A stretch of 61,120 nucleotides of DNA, counting the filler, from Hausera hauseri (lineage: Eukaryota), in NCBI GenBank assembly GCA_046269625.1. It is 11 parts of 11 records of this genome, joined end to end, with 100 filler letters (N's around TTAATTAATTAA, not from the genome) between each part and the next. Parts side by side here need not be neighbours in the genome. Positions count along the whole stretch, not along the records: positions 47,228 to 51,746 come from JBJURY010544119.1; positions 51,847 to 56,510 come from JBJURY010418033.1; positions 56,611 to 61,120 come from JBJURY010547897.1; 8 more parts are not named here. One strand, written 5' to 3'. The notes below the pieces were generated by a model. The model ran no database searches and had not been told where the DNA came from. It saw nothing but the letters and a program-made list of their open reading frames with translations. Position numbers and translations under genes: made by a program. Positions 49,529-60,300 of this stretch are shown here, piece after piece; position 1 is the first letter of the stretch, and each line of letters opens with the position of its first letter.

Positions 49529-50914
49529 ATTAAGAAATTGTAATGCTTTATTATTTACGAATGTTAGAGATTTTTATTAATTTTGTGTTGCATTTAAGTA
49601 TTTCACATTTCAGTACAATATATTTCCACTTTTGTTATTGAAATGTCATTAGTATTTATTGGCTTTTATTGTAAAAGTTTTTCTTATTAATGAACTTGGT
49701 ATTGTGTTTAAGAACCTTTTCAAAGTGGATTTCTAGTACAAATTAGATTTCATGTGGTTAGTTTGAAAGATTATCTAAAGAACAATTTGATAAAATTTCT
49801 AATGAAACATTAGAAAAACTTAACAATCATTTTGAAGACATCGGCTAGAATTTCAAAAAATTATTAATGAGTCTTCAATAAACATCAAATGAGTTTACGT
49901 TAATTTATTTCAGATGTTTGTTTTCTATTTGTTGTTAAGGAATTCCAGTTTTTTTCAGAATTAACTAGCTTGAAAGTTTGAATCAGATTACCCGATGGTT
50001 CTGATCACATTTGATTAAAATTTTTATTCAATGCGTTTTTGTGTTCTAATTCTTTGAAGTAAAATTAAAATTATTTTCAAATCTCTAAATGCCCGATATG
50101 GTTCAAAATGACCCATGAGTACATACTGGTAAAGATTTTACTGTCTTACAAGGTCATGGTTTGTTTGTTAAGTCTATGAAAATTTCGTTGGTAAGGACTA
50201 ATAGTCTTAAATCCATAATTTTTATTTGTACAGAGAAGATTTTGTATTATATATATATTTCGATTATTCACATTTATATGTAATTCATTTTAGTATGTAT
50301 CCATTAAAATAAGAAAAGAAATTGTAAATACTGAAAATCTTAACAATATCATTAACAAAATGTGGGTATATTAATCATACGTCTGTATGTGTCTACATGT
50401 AAAAATTGGAGAAATTTTAACAAAAATTTGTGGCTTCAGAAAGAATTCTTTTTGAGTAAGATTGATTAAAATAAGACAAAAACCGGAAATTAAAAGCAAT
50501 TTGTCAAATATTATATATAGATATTTATTAGGTGGACAAAACTTATTTCAGTTAGTCTTCCCTGCTTGTATTATAGGGGGAAATTCGAATAAGTGCATTT
50601 TTTAGACTAAGTGTACTTCAATGAACAAAACTAGGCATTAAATGTTTTAGACCACACTGCATTGCAAAATACTCACTTTGACCATGCACATTAGTAACTA
50701 TAAAAAGGCCAGCCAGAATACTTTATGAACTATAGTATCTTTTTGTATTCTTTATTGTAAACCATTGTTTTAAGAAGGAAATAATTAGACATCTGTGTTC
50801 TCCTCCCTCGTCTTTGTCCCATCAGAGGACACGCCTCTCCAGGTGCAGATCTCAGCCTCCTCGTTGTTTCGTCACTCACGCTGCTCTCTTCTGTCTCTCA
50901 CTTTGTGTTTTCAG

Positions 50915-50993
50915 TCTAAGATGCCCTGAGGGGAGAAGGGAAATGTAAATGGCTTCCAAAGTTAAAGATGCTGTGGTGTGGTACCAGAAAAAG
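50915..50993 (+). CDS. phtf2: First coding exon of vertebrate putative homeodomain transcription factor 2 (CDS 50949-50993)
   Basis: Acceptor TTTGTGTTTTCAG, then ATG 50949 encoding MASKVKDAVVWYQKK, then donor GTAAGG. Matches the vertebrate PHTF2 N-terminus as I recall it (MASKVTDAIVWYQKK). Confidence 0.75.
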
Positions 50994-51574
50994 GTAAGGC
51001 TCGCTTCTCTTACAACATATACAGAAATATTTTCCCTTTGACCGAAGGCCAATTTTATAGAATAAGTGCTTGTCAATTTATTGGTCATTATGTCTGCTTG
51101 TATACGCGTGTGTGACTGGGATTGCAGTATATTTATTATCCCTTGATAAATATTTATGAATCTAAATTACTTATACAAACAGTACTTATTGTGACTCGCA
51201 GTTTACATGTACTAAAATTGTCTGTTAATGAAGTTTTCCGTTGCCTTGTAATAACAGTTATGGACAACACAAGCAAACAAAACGGGTTTTAATTATGGCA
51301 TTCTTGACAGACTGCATGTCGTGCAACTTGTAATCAACTAGTCACTGATACATATGACAGCCTTACTCCTTATGTTTATGTGCATTATTAGCGAGTGTAC
51401 CTATTACTAACATAGTGTTTTTAAAAACAGTTAAAACTGACAAACTCTGAAAAATATACATTTTAAGTAAATTTAACTAATTTAGACTTAGAGAGGAGCA
51501 GCGCTTACCATCAAGTCATCCAGGACCTGTTACTGTGAAATATCGTCTCTGCTGCCAAGATCATTAGTCTGCTA

Positions 51575-51731
51575 TACAGCAACAGTCAGAGGCTTCTTTA
51601 GATTTGCTACAAGAGATCCTTCCTACCCACAGCCATCAGCATCTAGAACAACTCAATGATACCAGGATGATGAGCTACAACAATATTTAATTTCCCTTTG
51701 GGATCAATAAAGTATTTTGAATTGAATTGAA
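51575..51731 (+). mobile_element. Rex1/Babar non-LTR retrotransposon 3' end (teleost-type)
   Basis: ORF-end relic SQRLL*IC..YKRSFLPTAISI and 3' tail AATTTCCCTTTGGGATCAATAAAGTATTTTGAATTGAATTGAA. Confidence 0.65.
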
Positions 51732-51846
51732 TCAATACATCCATACNNNNNNNNNNNNNNNNNNNNNNNNNNNNNNNNNNNNNNNNNNNNTTAATTAATT
51801 AANNNNNNNNNNNNNNNNNNNNNNNNNNNNNNNNNNNNNNNNNNNN

Positions 51847-52191
51847 TTACCTGTGAACCCCCATTCTAGTGCAATTATCAACACCGATCAAATGAAACAG
51901 ATAAAATATGGCCTGTTGGCAAAGAAAGTAGGTGACAGTGACTGGGATGCATTGGAGGAAACAATGAAAAAAGTGGACAATGATTCGATGTTGTCTAATG
52001 ATATTTTGGACACATCCTCGCTTTTCCATAAAGGCAACATGGCGAAAATTGTGAGTGTAAGTGGACAGACAGCAGTTTTGCCAACGGAAGGGGTAAAAGG
52101 ATACCTGACAATGAATCCAAAAGGATATAAGGAACTGCGTGGTATTAAATCGCCAATGTGGAAGTTTGGGATGTTTACCCTAATGAATTGA
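51847..52191 (+). CDS. Family-A conserved ORF ('MSLENN' family), copy 3, 5' end cut by linker
   Basis: QIKYGLLAKKVGDSDWDALEETMKKVD..LSNDILDTSSLFHKGNMAKIV..EGVKGYLTM..GYKE..GIKSPMWK. Convergent with pPolB copy 4. Confidence 0.8.
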   Translation, partial: LPVNPHSSAIINTDQMKQIKYGLLAKKVGDSDWDALEETMKKVDNDSMLSNDILDTSSLFHKGNMAKIVSVSGQTAVLPTEGVKGYLTMNPKGYKELRGIKSPMWKFGMFTLMN

Positions 52192-52501
52192 CTTTAGATT
52201 TTGGTGTTTTTATGTTATGATTTGTAATAAAATTTATTTGAGTTTTTGGTGTTGTGTTGTGTTGTATTGTGTTGGTAAAAGTATTTGAGTTTTTGAGTAA
52301 TATGAGATTTTTTTTTCGATAACCCAACTTAAGCTCCATTTCCTTGTTATAAAACAGAAGACAAAAACTAGTGTACAAATACGTTATTGATCACATGTAT
52401 AGCCGGTGAATGTAAAACAAAGATCACAAATGTCAATGATCTGGCTGGCCTGAATTGAATCTTTGTACTGAACTGTTTTGTTATTGAGTAATGAGCATGT
52501 G

Positions 52502-55500
52502 TTATCTCAAACGCCAATGTTCTTACGCCCAACTCTTCCTTCGTCCCACCCACTTTCGCTTGTCATCGTTGTATGGCAAAGCAAGATTTTTATTTGTGAT
52601 GGTATACAGCTGGCGCTGAATTGATCGTATGGTTGTTTGACACACAACAAACTTTTCTTCTTCGTCTTCACCGTCTTATTGTCCATCATAAATACGGCGA
52701 TAATCATCGTAATTTATTTCCGTATGTTTCAGCTGGAACCCTTTTGCCCTCATTTTCGGCCCACAATCCGTCAGAAGACCGTAACACTGGGCGAAAAAAT
52801 ATCCATTCCCTGTATTGAATCCGGCCCTCACTTTCCTTCTTGAAGCAGTCGATTTTGTTTGTTATCGCGCTGCTGTACAGTGGATGGTTCTATGGGTAGT
52901 TGGATATGTCCAGTAGTCCATCTGCCATCATTTGTCGGAGCAGCTGGTCTCGATTCATGTTTTTCAGCTCCAGGAAAAAGCTGTCTGTATCACCAGCAAC
53001 CATGCTGATCTCACAGCCGCCGCCACCGCCGCCGCTTCCGAACATTTGCTGGTAACGTACCATGTCGCGATACTGGAGCTTGTACATTCGCAACTTGCGG
53101 AGGTCCAATACCACTTGTCCAATGTAGAATGGTCGGTGAAGTACGACTTCTTTCTTTAGAAGCATGGCGACCAATCCATCGGCAGTGTGCATTGACCGCC
53201 TGAACTGAGCCTTGCTGGTTTACATAACCAGTCGTTTTTCGTTGTTGCACAGGCGCACATTGAGCCGCTTTTTCAGATTCTATACTGGTTTTCCATACAG
53301 TAAATTGTTTTTTCAGATTGTAATAGTCATTTTCAAAATTTGTACAAGCTGCGGCTTGTTTCTCTGAATTTCCATTAATGTACGCCTTGAATATCAGCGC
53401 CTGATTGAAGCGAATTGCACGATGTAGCTGTGTGACGCATACACCGAGCTACATGTAAAACTGCAGTAGACGCCAATGAACCACGTAATTCGATTTGAGT
53501 TCATGCGTCATAAGCAGTTTCTTTAGTTTTGAGCCACGTGGTGGACATTGGCTGATTAATGCCACGGGTAATACGTCCAGAGCGTCATATAGCTCATCCG
53601 GTACCACAAAATCAACTTCCATTAGGTAGCCGACTGAGCTGCTTTCTGTCGTGTTTGCTGCTGCTACTGCTGCTGGCAGACTGTCCAGCAATGTATCCAG
53701 TTCTTGTTTGTCCATTATCCATTCAAATGTACTGTACGGTAAGGGTTGCAGAAGTGCCCAGCCGTACAGGTTATTAATATCGATGTACAACATTGACGTT
53801 GTATCATCGTTATCACAGGTTACTTGATGCTTATAGACAAATGTCATGCCACCGCGAATACCAACATCAAACAGCCGGTACATTTCCGGGTCTTGCAGTA
53901 GCTTAATATCCCGATCCAGTGACATCAGAGCTGACGCCCAACTCATTCGTGGTATTGAGTAAAAGTTTAGTGGCTCCAGCCTATCTTGTGCCAACGCTTT
54001 AGCTCGAAATGTCTGAAACACATCTGCTAACAGGTACACGTCCGATTTCAGATACTGAAGCATGTAGTCCAACAGGTTTCTGCAGCCGATCTCTGCCAAA
54101 AATGATTGTGATTTGTGATATTCTTCTTTTTCTTCTGTGATACCGGGCCATTGCGGTGGTAATTCGTCTGTCGTCTGGAGCCGCTCGTACGATATCGCAG
54201 AGTCATACGGGAATATGCCTTTGCTGCGTGCAATATGCATGGAAAACTGTGACAGTGTTAGCGGCACATCCGGCAAGGCATTTACTAGCTTTGCTAGATA
54301 CTCACTGAGAAATTGTAATAAGTCAAGGAATCGCACCTGGAACTGGTTTATGCGTGCCGACAGAGACAGGTATTTCTCCATTGTTGTTGGAATTATGTGC
54401 AGTTCCCAGTGTGGAAATCCATTAATGGCCCATTTCAGAATATGGTGACAGTCATAACCAATGAAGTCATGAAATATCACAGGCAGGAATGGCCTCACCT
54501 GTCTTGCCAAATTGCATCAATTGCAATCTGCTCCCAAGTATCGACCAGTGAAATGATTGTGATTCTTTAAAAGCCGTTCCTATGTATCGAACGGCAATAT
54601 TTTGTGCCACAGGTAACATTCGTCAGTGGCAGCGAAAAGCAGAGGTTCATATGTGTCTGCCCAGACCAAGGGTTTAGTGCGATTATTCCGATACCACGGC
54701 GCGATTTCCGTTTCCACTATAGTCTCTAACAATTCCATCCGTGGAAAAAGTAGTATTGCGGTTGTCCGTCTTCTTTAATGGGCACAACAAGCATGCCGAC
54801 GGCGATTGGAACATGCTTCTGGTCACACACGCTGTGCTATGGTAGAAGTGCTTTGATATAGGCATACGACGTATGACGGACTGTCCGTTTCTGACCAGTC
54901 ACTGAATCTTAGAGCTTTTTTGACGGGCATGACGTATATTGTTGTTCCTAAGCAATGTTGTCTACACATCGTCACATGCTTTTCCAATGTAGTTTCTGAT
55001 CTGAATTCATGTAAACATACAAGACACCATTTACATTGTATTCGTTTTTTGATGAACTGGTCATGTGCCATGTTCACTAGTCTGTCTAGATTTGTCACTG
55101 CAGCGTAATGGAACTTTTCTTTCTGCTCCAACAACAAAAAATATATTGGCTGTCCATTCAGGTTTCGATAGCGGTAGATTATATCCACATGTGGATTTTT
55201 GTATATCTCTTCATCTGCCGGTATTTTTATTATTGTGTTGTACAGGAACATGTTGATTACCAATGTCGGATTACGCCGTTCAAATGTTGCAATTGTTTTT
55301 AGTTTCATCGGCATCCAGCTTTTATCAAAATCCAGTTCCGAAAAATACTGCAGACACTGACTTGGACAATTTGCATGTTACCTGGACACTTCGTTATATC
55401 TTAATACCGCTAGAATACTGTATAGAAAACAGTATTCATCATCAATATTTTTCATATTCACTATCTCATGTGAGTGTTTCAGAGCCTCATGTGTCGGTAA

Positions 55501-56485
55501 GAATGAACGTCCGGACAGGTAAATTGTCACTCAACTTTGTTATAATAAAGCCGAGGGTGACAATTTTGATTATTCGCCATCCACTGCCTTTTTCCGCATA
55601 GTTAACGATTTTTTCTTCTAGCTTTTCGCCTACGTCGCCAATAAAATTATCTGAATAGTGCACAGCTCGATGTGACAGGTACCATTGTTTCCTATCACCT
55701 TGCACGTTCTCAAATTCTGCAAGTGCATAATACTGCACTCTGCAGTGTTTGAATTTCCCCACTTCAGCTTCCAGTCGGTTTCGCACACTGGACGGGACAT
55801 GACTCAATTGCGTTTTTGTGTTCGCGGACATGTCCACCTTCATGTCCACGTACGATTTGTTTAGATCGTACTTGACAATAATGTGTGGTTCCTCCTTTTC
55901 CTCCTGATGTTCCTGATGTTGCTACTGCTGCTTACTGATGCTGCTTTGCGCGTGGATGCTTGACGTTTCCTTCTTGTTGTTGTTGTTGTTGTTGTTGCTG
56001 CTGAGAGGATGTTGTTGTCATTGTTGTTGCTTTTTTGCGTACATGAGTTTCTGTTTTTTCGATCGCTTAAACTGGTTCAAGTGGTCCTTGTGCTAATTAT
56101 AGAATTGTTCATAGTTGATTTGATCATCATAAACTATAAAACAATCGGGACATACACAGGTCCGTTTACCGCACAGCGTTGTGGTTGTGCCATGGTATTG
56201 CTCCATTGCAGTATGGCAAACAGCAACATTATGCACTCTACTAGTACAGTAACGTGGGTATGTGGGGCAATGCGCAAGCATCATCTTCTTAAACCGCGTA
56301 AACGGCCCGAGATGATGCGTGTGCATCTCACAAAAGTTGGGGTACGGACACTGCGTTGAAGTATCGCACGTGGGACATAGATATGTGCCCGTCTCAATAA
56401 TGTAATACTTCGTCATCTGTTGATGGCACTGTTCCTGATCTACGTGAATGCGAGATACTCAATATACGGGATAATGTTTGCATTT
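52502..56485 (-). pseudogene. Polinton-type pPolB, family A copy 4 (full span, decayed)
   Basis: A 353-aa ORF piece has PVIFHDFIGYDCHHIL, KGIFPYD, YLKSDVYLLADVFQTFR, GIRGG and LYIDINNLYGWAL. Also MVAGDTDSFF, the N-terminal Cys/His modules and the TP/vOTU-like region. Confidence 0.92.
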
Positions 56486-56610
56486 CTGAATGAGAAACAA
56501 ATTAAAGTATNNNNNNNNNNNNNNNNNNNNNNNNNNNNNNNNNNNNNNNNNNNNTTAATTAATTAANNNNNNNNNNNNNNNNNNNNNNNNNNNNNNNNNN
56601 NNNNNNNNNN

Positions 56611-56882
56611 ATTTGACAAGGATTGCTATCTAACGCATAGTAGTCCGTCAATTTCTGATAGGTGCAAAGCAAAGGACCGAATATTATATCCATGTCACCA
56701 ACAACCTGCTTCATATGTCGTAGATAGGGTTCGCGTACCCTCCAATTCTCCTCAGCACGCCGGAGTATCTCTTCGGAATAACTGTATCATGCATCATGCA
56801 AAAGTCGATCAAGATTGTAAAGGTAACTCCGAAGACCGTCGAACGAGTGATATAAACGAATGAGTTCTGTTAAATGGGACAT
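56611..56882 (-). pseudogene. Family-A orphan ORF ('MSHL'), copy 2, cut by linker
   Basis: TATAAATA upstream, then MSHLTELIRLYHSFDGLRSYLYNLDRLLHDA*YSYSEEILRRAEENWRVREPYLRHMKQVVGDMDIIFG..KLTDYYALDSNP. Confidence 0.65.
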
Positions 56883-56989
56883 GTTATAATGTAATACCTT
56901 AAAGAAGCGCAAGTATTTATACTGAAANNNNNNNNNNAAATTATATTGATTCACGAAAACAAAAATAGCAAAATAATACATATTTGTGA

Positions 56990-57271
56990 TTAAATACGGT
57001 CATTCAACCTTTTTATTACAATACAGAGCGAAACAGTAAATACAAGTCCAATGAGGAAATTAATCCGTTGTCGTTGTCGTTGTTGTCGTTTTCGTCTTAT
57101 TTCATCCTCGATACGTTTTACAAAGAGCGATTTGAATATCAAATAAATATACTCTCGCTTACTCATTATTCTCGTTTCTGTATTCTCACATAAAAACTGT
57201 ACATCAAACACATCTCCGGTCAAAATGTCATCGGTCAATCTCTGAATTTCACTTTTAATATACTCTACCAT
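56990..57271 (-). CDS. Family-A 93-aa tail-anchored-type membrane protein (intact)
   Basis: MVEYIKSEIQRLTDDILTGDVFDVQFLCE...RRKRQQRQRQRINFLIGLVFTVSLCIVIKRLNDRI. Confidence 0.75.
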   Translation of the reverse strand: MVEYIKSEIQRLTDDILTGDVFDVQFLCENTETRIMSKREYIYLIFKSLFVKRIEDEIRRKRQQRQRQRINFLIGLVFTVSLCIVIKRLNDRI

Positions 57272-57331
57272 TTGATTCAGAGTAGTGGTAGTAGTAGTAA
57301 TGTTGATGCACGTTTATAGCCAAATTAGGCA

Positions 57332-60300
57332 ATGCCTGAGACTACAGTAAGGGGAATAATTTAGGGTGTATTGTACCTAAATTTATTTAGTTATAATTAA
57401 TACATTTTTATTTGTGTTTACTTTAATTTGTTTATCACTCAGAAATGTTCACAATATCAAATGTATTGCGTCTCCCGCATACATAAGGGCGGACAATGCC
57501 ACAAATAAACGGCCAAGTATTATTCAGTGGCCAAGGACACGTACCCGTGTCCCGTCTGTTTTATTCAAAACACATGCCTTTACGCCGACTTTTCATCTCG
57601 GTCCGTTCAAGCGGTCCAAGAAGATGATGATTGTGCACTGCCCCACATATACGCAATATTGTAGTAGTAATAGAGTGCATGACGTTGCTGGTTTCCATAG
57701 TGCAGTGGAGCAGTATTATGGCGCCACAAAGGTGCATGGTAAACGGGCCTACGTTTGCCCCGGTTGTTCTATAGTTGAGACGCAAGTCAACTATGAACAA
57801 TCCTACAACAATCACAAGGACCACTTGAACCAGTTTTAGAGGTCCAAAGGAAATATTAATGGATGCAGCAAGAAGCAGCAAGAAACGCCAAGCATCAACA
57901 AGCCTTGACGTATATTTTCAAATCAACAGAAGTCAAAAACAGCAGCAGCAGCAGGAACGTGAACCGCCCATTACTGTCAAGTACGACATGAACAAATCAT
58001 ACGTGGACATGAAGGTGGACATGTCGGCGAAAACAGCAACACAATTGAAGGATGTACCTGCTAATGTGCGTAACCATTTGGAATCAGAGGTGGCCAAATT
58101 CCAACAAAACCACTGCAAAGTGCAATATTATGCACTTGCAGAATTTGAAAATCTGCAGGGTGACAGGAAACAATGGTACCTGTAACATTGAGCCGTACCA
58201 TACTCTGAGGATTTTATTGCCGATGTAGGCGAAAGCTTGGCATAAAAATTGCCAACTACACCGAAAAGGGTAGTGGTTGGCGAATTGTAAGGATTGTCAC
58301 TCTCGGATTTATTCTGATCAATACGAGTGACACGATTTACCTGTTTGGGCATTCATTCATACCGACACCTACATCCTTGAAGCAGTCTCTGGAGGTAGTG
58401 AATGCACAAAATACTATCGACGAATACTGCTTTATTTACAGAATTCTGGCCATATTGAAATATGATCAAGTGTCCAGATATCATACAAATTGTCCAAAGC
58501 AGTACAGTAAATATTTCTCAGAATTGTACTACGAGTGTTTGATACCGATGAAACTCAAAACCATTCCGGATTTTGAACGGCATAATCCGACACTGGCAAT
58601 CAACGTGTTCCGGTACAACACAATCGTAGAAATACCAGCAGAAGAGATACAAAAACCTACACTTGGATATAATTTATCGCAGTCGGAACCCGAATGGACG
58701 CTCGGTAAATTTGTTGCTGTTGAAGCAAGCAGATAAATTTCACTACGTGGCAGTAACCAATTTGGGCAGACTGCTGAACATGGATCACCATCGATTCATC
58801 AAAAAGCGTATAAATTGTAAATGGTGCCCTACATGTCTGCATGGTTTCAGGTCAAAAACGACATGGGAAAAACATGTGGCGCTGTGCAGACAAAATCCAT
58901 CGGGGACAACAATGTACGTCATGCCAGTCAGAAAGGAGCTGAGATTCAGTGATATGTTGAAAACAGACAGTCCGGCATGTGTGGTATATGCCGATATCGA
59001 GGCAATCCTACTGCGGCACAACGTATACGACCAAAAGCACATTCCATTCGCCGTCGGTATGTTGGTTGTTCCAATAAAAGCCGCCGGACAACTGCAATAT
59101 TACGTTTTTCATGGCTGGAACTGTATACGCAACAGTTGGAAACGATAGTGAAAACGGAAATCGCACCGTGGTACAGTAACAATAGCACTAAGTCCTTGAT
59201 ATGGACTGCTGCTTTTCGTTGCCACCGATGAATGTTACCTCTGCCACAAAATATTGCCTTTTGATGCAAACGAACGCCTCTTACCGGACCACGATCATTT
59301 CACCGGTCGATACCTGGGAGCAGCATGCAACGCATGAAATTTAACAAGGCGTGCGCGGCCATTCCTCCAGGTGACCTTTTATAATTTCCAAGGTTATGAT
59401 TGTCACCATGTACTGAAATGAACCATCAACGGATTTCCGCACTGGGAATTATCCATTATCCAAACAATAATGGAGAAGTACCCGTCCCTGTCAGCACGCA
59501 TAAAGCGGTTTCAGGTACGCTTCCTTGATTCATTGCAATTTCTCAATGAATCATTGGCGAAGCTGGTAAATGCCTTGCCGGATATGCCGATAACCCCAAC
59601 GCAGTTCCCCACGCATTACACGCAGCAAAGGCATATTTTCATATGACTGCAACATCATGAGCGACTCCAGACAGCAGAGGAATTACCGCCGCGACGGACA
59701 GGCATCACAGAAGATGAATATCGGAGAGCACAAGAATCTTGGACAGAACTAGGCTGTAGAAACATGTTGGATTACATGCTCCAATCAACTTTTATTCAAT
59801 ACCCGGAATGAGTTGGGCATCAGCTCTGATGTCACTGGATCGGGATATCGAGCTATTGCAAGACCCGGAAATGTACCAAATGTTTGATGTTGGTATTCGT
59901 GGCTGCATGACATTTGTAAACAGGCACCACGTAACCAGTGATGATACCACATCACCGTTATATATCGACATTAATAACCTGTACGGCTGGGCATTTTTAC
60001 AACCCTTGCCGTTGGTTCATCCGAATAGGTAGTCGACAAACAGGACCTGGACACAATACTGAAAAATGTGTCGAGAGCAGACACGTGGTACCAGACTCGT
60101 GGTACCAGATGAGCTGCATGACTTTTCGGATGAACTGCCGATCGCACTAATTAACCAATGTCCGCCGGGCTCGAAGGTGAAGAAGTTACTTCTGACGCAT
60201 GAACCAAAGCAAAATGACATAGTTCATTGGAGTCTGTTGCAATTTTACATGTAGTTGGGTGTACATGTCACACGGCTACATCGAGAAATCCGATTTTTTC

